A stretch of DNA of 64,000 nt, taken from the IMG/VR virus record IMGVR_UViG_3300025674_000002; one strand, given 5' to 3'. Positions within the stretch are counted from its first letter, which is position 1, and every line of letters begins with the position of its first letter. The notes under the pieces are model-generated. The model searched no databases and was not told the origin of the DNA. It was given only the letters and a program-made list of their open reading frames with translations. Shown here piece by piece: positions 9,803 to 16,346 of this stretch. Position numbers and translations under genes: made by a program. Source of the stretch: a virus.

Positions 9803-9805
9803 GGT

Positions 9806-10006
9806 TTAGACCTGGCGGCGTGTCACCGGCGACTGGTTGACGCCCGAGCCGGAAACGCCCATCGAACGAACGACCGACATCGTGCCGTAACTCGTGGACG
9901 CCGTGGAAGTGACTGGACCCTGCGCGGTCCGAGTATTAGGCATTGCCGACGTACGAGCACCGTTCCTGGGAGAGCTGAAACTGCTCTTTCCACAACCGCA
10001 ACCCAT
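9806..10006 (-). CDS. hypothetical Ser/Thr/Gly-rich small protein
   Basis: 66-aa ORF (MGCGCGKSSF..) behind AGGAGGCAGAG SD, stop 3 nt before terL ATG. Confidence 0.4.
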   Translation of the reverse strand: MGCGCGKSSFSSPRNGARTSAMPNTRTAQGPVTSTASTSYGTMSVVRSMGVSGSGVNQSPVTRRQV

Positions 10007-10040
10007 CTCTGCCTCCTAATCGATTTCGACCTTCTAGGCC

Positions 10041-10069
10041 ATAATAGCACGCTAGGACCAACAAGTAAA
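10041..10069 (-). promoter_or_regulatory. sigma70-like promoter for the terL operon (class II: TTTACT-17-TGcTATTAT)
   Basis: minus strand reads CTTTACTTG-N-TGCTATTAT; same -35 block recurs upstream of terS. Confidence 0.45.
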
Positions 10070-10082
10070 GTACTTATTTGCC

Positions 10083-10358
10083 CTAGCGAAAAATGACCCA
10101 GCTAACCAAGGTGGTGATCAAGGACCCGGAAATGAAACCCAGAAACAGTCCGCGCCAGATCAAGCAGCACGGGCAGGTGGTGAACAGATACTCCGTAACC
10201 TTGGACGTCCAGTGTTCTTCGGTTTCACACCAGTTGGGAGTCACGACCTGGGAAGCGGCGGCCATGAAGTTCGACAGCCAATTATCTTCCCAGAAATCAG
10301 GCTCCGTATCATCCCCGATCGCTGGGTCCTGCGGGCGGTACTTGAAAGGGTTTTGCAT
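10083..10358 (-). CDS. small membrane protein (C-terminal TM segment)
   Basis: ATG 10358 behind GGAGAAAAACA; MQNPFKYRPQDPAIGDD..CCLIWRGLFLGFISGSLITTLVSWVIFR. Confidence 0.5.
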   Translation of the reverse strand: MQNPFKYRPQDPAIGDDTEPDFWEDNWLSNFMAAASQVVTPNWCETEEHWTSKVTEYLFTTCPCCLIWRGLFLGFISGSLITTLVSWVIFR

Positions 10359-10647
10359 TGTTTTTCTCCGTATGCTGATATTCCCGTTCTGCTGCGTATT
10401 CAGGAAAATCAGCTGAGACTGGCACATTGGTAGGCTTTGGATCGACCTGTTTTCCGATAAGATAGCCCAGGGATGCTGAAGATAGCGACAGCATTGCTGC
10501 GTTCCAGTCACCTGGGAACTTCACGTCGACGCCAAGAAGAACGCCACAGATAACGATGACGAAGCCGGAGACGACGTAAGACAGAACGATCATCACGGCG
10601 ACCATCGCTCCAGCATACTCGCGAAACGGAGCGCTGTTGTGCTTCAT
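10309..10647 (-). CDS. two-TMD membrane protein, holin candidate
   Basis: AGAMVAVMIVLSYVVSGFVIVICGVLLGV and AAMLSLSSASLGYLIG hydrophobic segments then charged tail; ATG shares a base with the stop of the upstream mini-ORF. Confidence 0.4.
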   Translation of the reverse strand: MKHNSAPFREYAGAMVAVMIVLSYVVSGFVIVICGVLLGVDVKFPGDWNAAMLSLSSASLGYLIGKQVDPKPTNVPVSADFPEYAAEREYQHTEKNNAKPFQVPPAGPSDRG

Positions 10648-10748
10648 CACGTTCTCCCAATAATCCACGTAGCGAGTAGTCCTCCAGCGATCACAGCTAT
10701 GATGATGAGCTTGGCGAAATTGTTAGAATCGAGTATGATTTCACTCAA
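10647..10748 (-). CDS. 33-aa membrane peptide (TTG start)
   Basis: GGAGGAAACTG TTG overlapping upstream stop; LSEIILDSNNFAKLIIIAVIAGGLLATWIIGRT. Confidence 0.35.
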   Translation of the reverse strand: MSEIILDSNNFAKLIIIAVIAGGLLATWIIGRT

Positions 10749-11295
10749 CAGTTTCCTCCGTGACCATAAGGGTGGGTCTGTTGAACTCGATATCTTCGAT
10801 CCATATTCCGCAGCTATAGGTCGCGGTAAGAACGATTTTGTATTCTCCAAGTGGAGTGTAACTTGGAACGATAACCGGAATTACAGTCACGTTGTATCCG
10901 ACAGGTGCCTTGATGCTGTTGACTTCGTTTTGCACGATCGGAATGACCAGGCCATCGTCGTTGATGATCTGCACACCCGATTTGATCAACACACATTCGT
11001 CGTGGTTCTTTGTATAGAAAACCAAAACTGCGCCATCGCGGCCTCTCGGCCATTCTGTGGATGCTTCAAAAAGTTCAGGCTTCACTATCGGATCGTTTGG
11101 TCCGCCAAGCTGGCGAATAATCTGCAGCGCCTCAAACCTGTGAAGCGTAGGGATCAGAAAAGTATTCTCGATAGGCTTCTTACGAGTCGAATTCTTGTAG
11201 ACCGGGCCTGCGAAACTCCAAAAGGCAGCAAGGATAGCTACCACCGCTGCAGTTGCTTGTAGCAGTCTGACATTCTTCTTCACGAAATGGATCAT
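10741..11295 (-). CDS. membrane-anchored beta-rich protein
   Basis: MIHFVKKNVRLLQATAAVVAILAAFWSFAG anchor; ATG 11295 overlaps the TGA of an upstream 41-codon ORF (TGATG), favouring it over the TTG at 11346. Confidence 0.5.
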   Translation of the reverse strand: MIHFVKKNVRLLQATAAVVAILAAFWSFAGPVYKNSTRKKPIENTFLIPTLHRFEALQIIRQLGGPNDPIVKPELFEASTEWPRGRDGAVLVFYTKNHDECVLIKSGVQIINDDGLVIPIVQNEVNSIKAPVGYNVTVIPVIVPSYTPLGEYKIVLTATYSCGIWIEDIEFNRPTLMVTEETVE

Positions 11296-11420
11296 CAAAA
11301 ACTCATAAAAAGTAGCGCTATCGACAAAAAGAATACGGTATCGCAACCGAGTATGCGCATAAACTTATTTGTCGCCAGATGATCGAGTTTCGTCTGAAGC
11401 GTCGAAGTTTGAGTATACAT
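11295..11420 (-). CDS. 41-aa peptide with hydrophobic C-terminus
   Basis: ATG 11420 behind AGGTG; MYTQTSTLQTKLDHLATNKFMRILGCDTVFFLSIALLFMSF; coupled to the downstream gene. Confidence 0.4.
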   Translation of the reverse strand: MYTQTSTLQTKLDHLATNKFMRILGCDTVFFLSIALLFMSF

Positions 11421-11501
11421 AGCAGCACCTATGGTGATTTCGGTTAATCGCGCCCCCAAGCGCAATCCCCATATGTTCGTCTGCTATTCTTCCCTCATAA
11501 A

Positions 11502-11816
11502 TCAGTACAATGCCCAGATGTTGTCGGCGGTACCTCCAAGCCGAACCTGGCGCACTGAGATGTAGTTATAACCTTGCTGTATCGGGACATCGACATGAAT
11601 GTTCCCGCTTTCGTCCATCAGGGTTATTGTGCCGGCGGTGCCAACAAGCAAACCTTTTGCCAAGCCATCCGGAAGATCAGCATCAGCCTTAACGACTGGT
11701 GCAATGAACGACGATGCAGGCGGCCCAGAAAAGATTGCAAACGGAGATGGAGTATTCGAAGGCAGTGCGACGGGATCATTTGGATCGCACGGAGGTATGC
11801 AATTAGCAGTTACCAT
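11502..11816 (-). CDS. spike-base-like protein (RcGTA rcc01079-type family)
   Basis: 104 aa; ..KADADLPDGLAKGLLVGTAGTITLMDESGNIHVDVPIQQGYNYISVRQVRLGGTADNIWALY follows the pattern I recall for alphaproteobacterial head-spike base proteins. Confidence 0.4.
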   Translation of the reverse strand: MVTANCIPPCDPNDPVALPSNTPSPFAIFSGPPASSFIAPVVKADADLPDGLAKGLLVGTAGTITLMDESGNIHVDVPIQQGYNYISVRQVRLGGTADNIWALY

Positions 11817-11825
11817 GATGAGTCC

Positions 11826-12380
11826 TCACGATTCCGTATCATTGGTTGGTTCCTTGACGTCAGCGATGGACTGACCACGGGGAAGCACACGGACCTGGAT
11901 GCTTGATGGGATCAAATCGCGGCCATCCTTACCCGTGTTTTCCACACGAGTCGTACCGTACCGCTCAATGTTACGCGACTTCAACAGGAACTGCAGAAGC
12001 GACGCATTGCCTTCCAACGCGAGATCAATCGCCTTGTCTTCCAGCATATCCGTACCTGCAGCATAGGCTTCATCCCATGCCTGGCAGAAGTCAGCATCTT
12101 CCGTCCGCCACTTGTACAGATACCCTGGTGAGAACCAGTGAAACTGCGCACGCAGCTCCTTGACCACTGCGGATACGGTTTTACCTTGAGCGATGAAGCT
12201 CAAGCAGAGTTCCATCACACGCTGCTTCTCCTGTTCTTCCAGGTAGAGAGCGTCATGGTTCAGTTTCTTGAGGCGTTCTTCCGCATAGTTGTAATTGCCA
12301 ATACGGTTCAGCTCGGTATTCCCACGCGTAGGAGCATGGGGTGAGGCAGGGCCAGAGATGAATACCGTCTGGTCGCCCAT
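11826..12380 (-). CDS. terS: terminase small subunit
   Basis: HTH-like CLSFIAQGKTVSAVVKELR.., then AYAAGTDMLEDKAIDLALEGNASLLQFLLKSRNIERYG typical of small terminase subunits; first gene of the minus-strand virion operon. Confidence 0.65.
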   Translation of the reverse strand: MGDQTVFISGPASPHAPTRGNTELNRIGNYNYAEERLKKLNHDALYLEEQEKQRVMELCLSFIAQGKTVSAVVKELRAQFHWFSPGYLYKWRTEDADFCQAWDEAYAAGTDMLEDKAIDLALEGNASLLQFLLKSRNIERYGTTRVENTGKDGRDLIPSSIQVRVLPRGQSIADVKEPTNDTES

Positions 12381-12407
12381 GAAAAGGCCTTTGCTGGTGT
12401 TGGTTCA

Positions 12408-12436
12408 AGTCTATCACATATTGGACCGCAAGTAAA
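12408..12436 (-). promoter_or_regulatory. sigma70-like promoter for terS (class II)
   Basis: minus strand CTTTACTTG-N-TGATAGACT with 17-nt spacer. Confidence 0.4.
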
Positions 12437-12454
12437 GTTCTTTTTTACGTAAAA

Positions 12455-12489
12455 TAGGGTTGTACGTCCTATTTTTAGCGTAATACAAT
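12455..12489 (+). promoter_or_regulatory. promoter for the HNH gene (degenerate class I)
   Basis: TAGGGTTGTACG-N14-TAATACAAT in the same register as the class I promoters; flanked by four AAATAGG repeats (one inverted). Confidence 0.35.
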
Positions 12490-12515
12490 AGGATTACCGA
12501 AAATAGGAGAACACT

Positions 12516-13013
12516 ATGCGTAGAGCAGCTAAAGGTGAGGGTTTGGCCTTCGTCAAGAACGTAGTATCGAAGCATGAGTCTGATGAGTGCTTGATCTGGC
12601 CGTTTACTCTAAGAGAAGGGTATCCTGGTTTTGTAATCTATGAAGGAAGACAGATACTTGCTCACGTTGCTGTATGCTTGGAGTACGTAGGGTCTAAGCC
12701 AAGTCCTGATCATGAAGTGGCTCACAGTTGCGGACAATCGGCTTGCGTAAACAAGAGACATGTAAGTTGGAAAACCCATAAAGAGAATATGCAGGATAAG
12801 CAGGCCCACGGCACTAGTCTCGCAGGCAAGCCACACTACAAATACGAATTCACCCGTGAAACAGTGATCGAGCTCAGACGTACTGGAGACTTTAAGAAGT
12901 TTCTTGGGCTTGGGGCCTCGATCCGGGCTATTAGAAATGCATACTACGGAAAGACCTGGAAAGCCCTGCCCTCGGTCCAAGAATTGAGCAAGATGGACCA
13001 AGGGTCAAAGTGA
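12516..13013 (+). CDS. HNH endonuclease
   Basis: CLIWPF..GYPGF..AHVAVC..HEVAHSCGQSACVNKRHVSWKTHKENMQD is the HNH_3-type motif; adjacent to terS as in many cos phages. Confidence 0.75.
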   Translation: MRRAAKGEGLAFVKNVVSKHESDECLIWPFTLREGYPGFVIYEGRQILAHVAVCLEYVGSKPSPDHEVAHSCGQSACVNKRHVSWKTHKENMQDKQAHGTSLAGKPHYKYEFTRETVIELRRTGDFKKFLGLGASIRAIRNAYYGKTWKALPSVQELSKMDQGSK

Positions 13014-13035
13014 TAGGCCTATATACCCCGAATAT

Positions 13036-13118
13036 CACTTAGTGGAGATCGGTGATATCCCTCGTTAACATCCGGTGTCAATGGTGTAGACAATTACACT
13101 ATGTCGACCGGATAATTA
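13036..13118 (+). repeat. ~80-nt non-coding repeat, copy 1
   Basis: TTAGTGGAGATCGGTGATATCCCTCGTTAACATCCGGTGTCAATGGTGTAGACAATTACACT.. is about 80 percent identical to 36986-37067. Confidence 0.7.
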
Positions 13119-13158
13119 CCCGAAGGCTTTGAAAATTGCCCCGGGCTCCCCGAGGCTT

Positions 13159-13267
13159 TGGGTGAGGGCCGAGATGTGAATGAGCTTTTTGCGATGTTTG
13201 TTGGCCGCGTTTTATGGGCTGAGGGCCTAGGGCAGTGGGCTGAGGGTGGTTGGCCCAGGGCCGGGGG
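13159..13267 (+). repeat. G-rich direct repeats TGGG(C)TGAGGG x3 containing a G3N4 x5 quadruplex motif
   Basis: repeats at 13159, 13215, 13236; GGGCTGAGGGCCTAGGGCAGTGGGCTGAGGG at 13216-13246. Confidence 0.7.
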
Positions 13268-13601
13268 CCGTGTACATATATTGTTAAATTCATGCAGAGT
13301 TCGAAAAGTACCCGGGGCACGGACTCACAACTGTCCCGCGGCCCCAGGGGCCCTGCAGTAGAATTTTTTCTCCAAAAAACGATCCATTTGGAGAGATTCC
13401 CACCAATAATCAATCATTTATCAGAAAATCCCTCCAAAAATCTCACTTTTATGAGAATTTTCCTCCAGAAGAGAGATTTCCTCCCCTTTTTCATGATTTT
13501 TTGGGGGGATTTTTATCCCGAAAGGGGTTTCTTTTCCCTCCCAACGATATATATTCATATCTATCGGATGAATGAATATCCGATCATCAAGGAGAGAGAA
13601 G

Positions 13602-14000
13602 ATGAAAAAAATTGAGAAGAATATCGATCGGGATATCATGGATGTTTCCTCTCGGATCGTCCGTCGGGGGAATAAATCGGGGAATGTTCCGTGGAGGAAG
13701 AAATTCTATTCCCTCGATCGGAAGAAATATGAGGAATCCGTCAAGGATAAATCCATCGGAATTCTTCCTCCTCAGGGACAATCCACGTTAATGTGGATGT
13801 ATGATCGGATGAAGGAGGGAGAGATGGGAACGGGATCGATGATCCAATCCCGATCGATCGAGGAGGGATACGTCCGATCCAAAATCGATCCCCCCGTCCT
13901 CTTCGCGTATTATCGGAAGAAGATGGAGGAATTCGGATTGATCCACGTGGAATATGATCCCACGATGATCCTCGGGATCACGGACGAAGAGGAGGAATGA
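13602..14000 (+). CDS. first-cistron family protein, copy 1 (winged-helix-like, acidic tail)
   Basis: AAGGAGAGAGAAG ATG; clear paralog of 16461-16952 (GNVPWRKKFY.., VKDKSIG, LFAYYRKKMEEFGL.HVE) but AT-richer and GATC-dense. Confidence 0.7.
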   Translation: MKKIEKNIDRDIMDVSSRIVRRGNKSGNVPWRKKFYSLDRKKYEESVKDKSIGILPPQGQSTLMWMYDRMKEGEMGTGSMIQSRSIEEGYVRSKIDPPVLFAYYRKKMEEFGLIHVEYDPTMILGITDEEEE

Positions 14001-14034
14001 GGATCGGGGGGAGGGAAATCCCCTCCCCCTCTTC

Positions 14035-14094
14035 CCTGAGGACGAAACGCGGTCCGCCGCGTCCACGGGTCGAGCCCGTGCTGATGAGTCCAGG
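14035..14094 (+). ncRNA. hammerhead ribozyme, type II (HHR-1)
   Basis: GGAC-GAAA-C-GCGG(UCCG)CCGC-GUC-CACGGG(UCGAG)CCCGUG-CUGAUGA-GUCC; predicted cleavage after C14063. Confidence 0.85.
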
Positions 14095-14105
14095 AGAGAG
14101 AAGCC

Positions 14106-14309
14106 ATGACCACATACGAGCACGACCGAGCCACGGTCCTTCAACGCCACGACGCCCGTGAGTCGGCCTATGCCCGCCACGCGCTGGACCAGGCCCTCGA
14201 GGCCACGGACCCGGACAACCGGGCCTTCTGGGAGGCGGAGGCCAGAACGTGGCAGGACTCGGCGGCCCTGTACTACTGGCAGACGCGGGAGTGCTTCGGT
14301 CGGGACTGA
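14106..14309 (+). CDS. hypothetical protein
   Basis: 67-aa ORF, GGAGAGAGAAGCC ATG directly after HHR-1. Confidence 0.6.
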   Translation: MTTYEHDRATVLQRHDARESAYARHALDQALEATDPDNRAFWEAEARTWQDSAALYYWQTRECFGRD

Positions 14310-14318
14310 GCGGGTCAC

Positions 14319-14381
14319 GGTACACCCCGGTAAAATAATTTCGAAACCGGGGTGTACCACAAACCTGAAATGTGATATGAT
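14319..14381 (+). promoter_or_regulatory. hairpin + class I promoter cassette A
   Basis: GGTACACCCCGG-16 nt AT-rich loop-CCGGGGTGTACC, then N14 and TGATATGAT. Confidence 0.55.
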
Positions 14382-14412
14382 GTAAGGGTTAACACGAACC
14401 AAGGAGAGTACA

Positions 14413-14580
14413 ATGACGATGGAAGAACTGTGTGGTTTGATCCAACTCCACCACGGACGTCTCCTCGAGTCGGTGAAGAACGAGGTGAAGAGGGAGGAAC
14501 ACGGACCGACCCGTACCCTCCTCCAGGAGACGGTCGACTTCCTCGAGGACATCAAGGAAGAGGTCGGGGTCGACGACTAA
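14413..14580 (+). CDS. hypothetical protein (55 aa)
   Basis: AAGGAGAGTACA ATG; MTMEELCGLIQLHHGRLLESVKNE..; below the ORF-track length cutoff. Confidence 0.55.
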   Translation: MTMEELCGLIQLHHGRLLESVKNEVKREEHGPTRTLLQETVDFLEDIKEEVGVDD

Positions 14581-14640
14581 GGTCGAAACGAGGGAGGGAA
14601 ACCTCCCTCGTCCGTGGATGAGGTCCACGCTGACGAGACC
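14581..14640 (+). ncRNA. hammerhead ribozyme, type II (HHR-2)
   Basis: GGUC-GAAA-C-GAGGGAGG(GAAA)CCUCCCUC-GUC-CGUGGA(UGAGG)UCCACG-CUGACGA-GACC; starts right after the TAA stop; cleavage after C14612. Confidence 0.85.
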
Positions 14641-14654
14641 AAGGAGAGACGACC

Positions 14655-14984
14655 GTGTACGCCAAGATCGCAGGTATGTACGTCAAGGCGCACTGCGCCA
14701 CGACATTCAAGGACCCGGCAGGGATGGAGTCGACTGCGCTGAGAGGCGGCTACGTGGATGTGTTCGACCACAAGGGTTTCGGCACCCACAAGTACATCCC
14801 GGCCGACCGTCTCTCGGACGAGCTCGGTGAGCCACGAGGAGCCGGAGTCTACGGAAGCTTCCTCATGGGCGACGGCAGCCACCTGCTGGTCACGTGCAAG
14901 GGGCCGCTCGCCTGCTGGTCGGGCAAGGACGATGAAAAGGCCACGTGGATACCCGACCTGCGCAAGCCGGAAGATATGATCTAA
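14655..14984 (+). CDS. hypothetical protein
   Basis: 109-aa ORF, AAGGAGAGACGACC GTG after HHR-2. Confidence 0.6.
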   Translation: MYAKIAGMYVKAHCATTFKDPAGMESTALRGGYVDVFDHKGFGTHKYIPADRLSDELGEPRGAGVYGSFLMGDGSHLLVTCKGPLACWSGKDDEKATWIPDLRKPEDMI

Positions 14985-14987
14985 GCA

Positions 14988-15048
14988 GGTCGAAACGCGG
15001 TGTCTTCGTGGCACCGCGTCCGTGGATGAGGTCCACGCTGATGAGACC
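14988..15048 (+). ncRNA. hammerhead ribozyme, type II (HHR-3)
   Basis: GGUC-GAAA-C-GCGGUGUC(UUCGU)GGCACCGC-GUC-CGUGGA(UGAGG)UCCACG-CUGAUGA-GACC; cleavage after C15020. Confidence 0.85.
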
Positions 15049-15063
15049 AAGGAGAGACGACCA

Positions 15064-15342
15064 ATGTTTACCACCATCGCCCTCGCCACCGCTATCATGG
15101 TGGGAGGTCCGGCCGGCCCGGGGAACGACGCCGACGCGGCATGGGACGACGTGATCCAGTACCGCTGCGGCGTGGGTCAGGAGCCGATGCCGATGCCGGA
15201 ACGGCCCAGCATGGAGTATCTCGACGAGGTCGATCGCCTCGAGGAGAAGTTCATCATGGCCTTCGACAAGGTCGAGGGCGGCGACGCCGAGTACGAGGCG
15301 GCAGAGCGCAGCATCTGCCTGGAGGTACTCAGTACCGAATAA
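15064..15342 (+). CDS. hypothetical protein with hydrophobic N-terminus
   Basis: AAGGAGAGACGACCA ATG; MFTTIALATAIMVGGPAG..; the longer track ORF (15022) would read through the ribozyme. Confidence 0.6.
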   Translation: MFTTIALATAIMVGGPAGPGNDADAAWDDVIQYRCGVGQEPMPMPERPSMEYLDEVDRLEEKFIMAFDKVEGGDAEYEAAERSICLEVLSTE

Positions 15343-15355
15343 GGCGAGTCACGGC

Positions 15356-15416
15356 GCATCCCGGCAAAATAAATCCTACCGCCGGGATGTCCCATTGATC
15401 GATCTCATGATATAAT
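15356..15416 (+). promoter_or_regulatory. hairpin + class I promoter cassette B
   Basis: CATCCCGGC-loop AAAATAAATCCTACC-GCCGGGATG, then TGATATAAT 26 nt after the CCGGG. Confidence 0.55.
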
Positions 15417-15447
15417 GATCCCGTAATACGAACAACGGAGAGATATC

Positions 15448-15651
15448 ATGATCGATGTGGAAAAGATGACGGCCGAGGATTACGTCCGGGAATTCCTCAC
15501 CGTGTTGGAGGACGCGGCGTCCCGCGCGTGCGGGGACTGCCGCAATCTCAATCCCCTCACGAATGAGATCGTGGATCGATACACGGAAGCGTCGGTCATC
15601 GCGGGGATGTTGCGGGAGAAATTGGGAATGGAGGAATTCCGTCCTCTCTGA
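15448..15651 (+). CDS. hypothetical protein
   Basis: 67-aa ORF, ACGGAGAGATATC ATG. Confidence 0.6.
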   Translation: MIDVEKMTAEDYVREFLTVLEDAASRACGDCRNLNPLTNEIVDRYTEASVIAGMLREKLGMEEFRPL

Positions 15652-15655
15652 AACA

Positions 15656-15716
15656 GATCGAAACGCGGTGTCTTCGTGGCACCGCGTCTGCGGATTGGTT
15701 CCGCACTGATGAGATC
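15656..15716 (+). ncRNA. hammerhead ribozyme, type II (HHR-4)
   Basis: GAUC-GAAA-C-GCGGUGUC(UUCGU)GGCACCGC-GUC-UGCGGA(UUGGU)UCCGCA-CUGAUGA-GAUC; cleavage after C15688. Confidence 0.85.
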
Positions 15717-15728
15717 AAGGAGAGAACA

Positions 15729-16082
15729 ATGCGAAACACAGCAAAGGCGGCGGCCTCGGACCTCTTGGCGTCCGTGGATTTCACGCCTCAGTACGACATC
15801 ATGAAGATCGGTCCCCTTCCCAAGGCCGGCGTCTACATCGTGTATGCCGACGGCGATCCCGTCTACTGCGGAATCAGCAACGACCTTCGGCGCCGCATCA
15901 GCTACCTGAGGAAAGCGACGGCGTCGCACCACGACAAGGCGGCGGACGTCCAGGAAGCGTTGGCGGTCGGACAGACCGTGACCATCTCGACGTGGTATGA
16001 GAGTCAGGGCATACCACGGCAGCTGATCGAGCAGGCGGCGATCTACACCTTCGACCTCCGCGACAAGTGGAACGCCGCATAG
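15729..16082 (+). CDS. stand-alone GIY-YIG nuclease-domain protein
   Basis: GVYIVYADGDPVYCGISNDLRRRISYL (GIY..YIG..R) followed by a conserved-looking Glu region (LIEQAAIY). Confidence 0.55.
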   Translation: MRNTAKAAASDLLASVDFTPQYDIMKIGPLPKAGVYIVYADGDPVYCGISNDLRRRISYLRKATASHHDKAADVQEALAVGQTVTISTWYESQGIPRQLIEQAAIYTFDLRDKWNAA

Positions 16083-16085
16083 CCA

Positions 16086-16146
16086 AAGCGAAACGCGGTG
16101 CTGCGGCGACACCGCGTCCATGGGTGAGGCCCATGCTGATGAGCTT
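16086..16146 (+). ncRNA. hammerhead ribozyme, type II (HHR-5)
   Basis: AAGC-GAAA-C-GCGGUG(CUGCGGCGA)CACCGC-GUC-CAUGGG(UGAGG)CCCAUG-CUGAUGA-GCUU; cleavage after C16118. Confidence 0.85.
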
Positions 16147-16159
16147 AGGAGAGAGAACA

Positions 16160-16336
16160 ATGAAGCTTGCTCTTACCGCACTGAACATCCGGGATGACGA
16201 AGCCGTCACCATTCTCACGGCGGAGCACGAGCACGTGTCGGTCTTGGTCGACCGCATGATCCGCGAGATCGAAGACGACTCGGACAAGGACTTCCAATTC
16301 GCCATCACGCCGGCTCAGTGGGCGCCGGCCGAATAA
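16160..16336 (+). CDS. hypothetical protein (58 aa)
   Basis: GGAGAGAGAACA ATG; MKLALTALNIRDDEAVTIL..; the longer track ORF (16067) would read through the ribozyme. Confidence 0.55.
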   Translation: MKLALTALNIRDDEAVTILTAEHEHVSVLVDRMIREIEDDSDKDFQFAITPAQWAPAE

Positions 16337-16346
16337 GGCGGGTCTC

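Noticed and set aside
10007-10035. GGTCGAAAT on the minus strand upstream of the 9806-10006 ORF, resembling the GGUCGAAAC start of the hammerheads
   Set aside because: No GUC site, helix I or CUGAUGA box follows; the sequence runs straight into an SD and start codon.
13297-13315. tRNA-like word GCAGAGTTCGAAAAGTACC (T-loop-like GTTCGAA); I also looked generally for tRNAs in the three large gaps
   Set aside because: No acceptor, D or anticodon stems can be drawn around it, and no GGTTCGAATCC-type T-arm with flanking cloverleaf was found anywhere in the gaps.
13099-13413. ORFs in the G-rich non-coding region (13099-13413 minus, 13158-13361 and 13250-13615 plus)
   Set aside because: The translations are Gly/Pro/Arg/Trp low-complexity strings generated by the GGGCC-type repeats. 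There is no SD or codon bias, so the region is better explained as repeats and a G4 motif.
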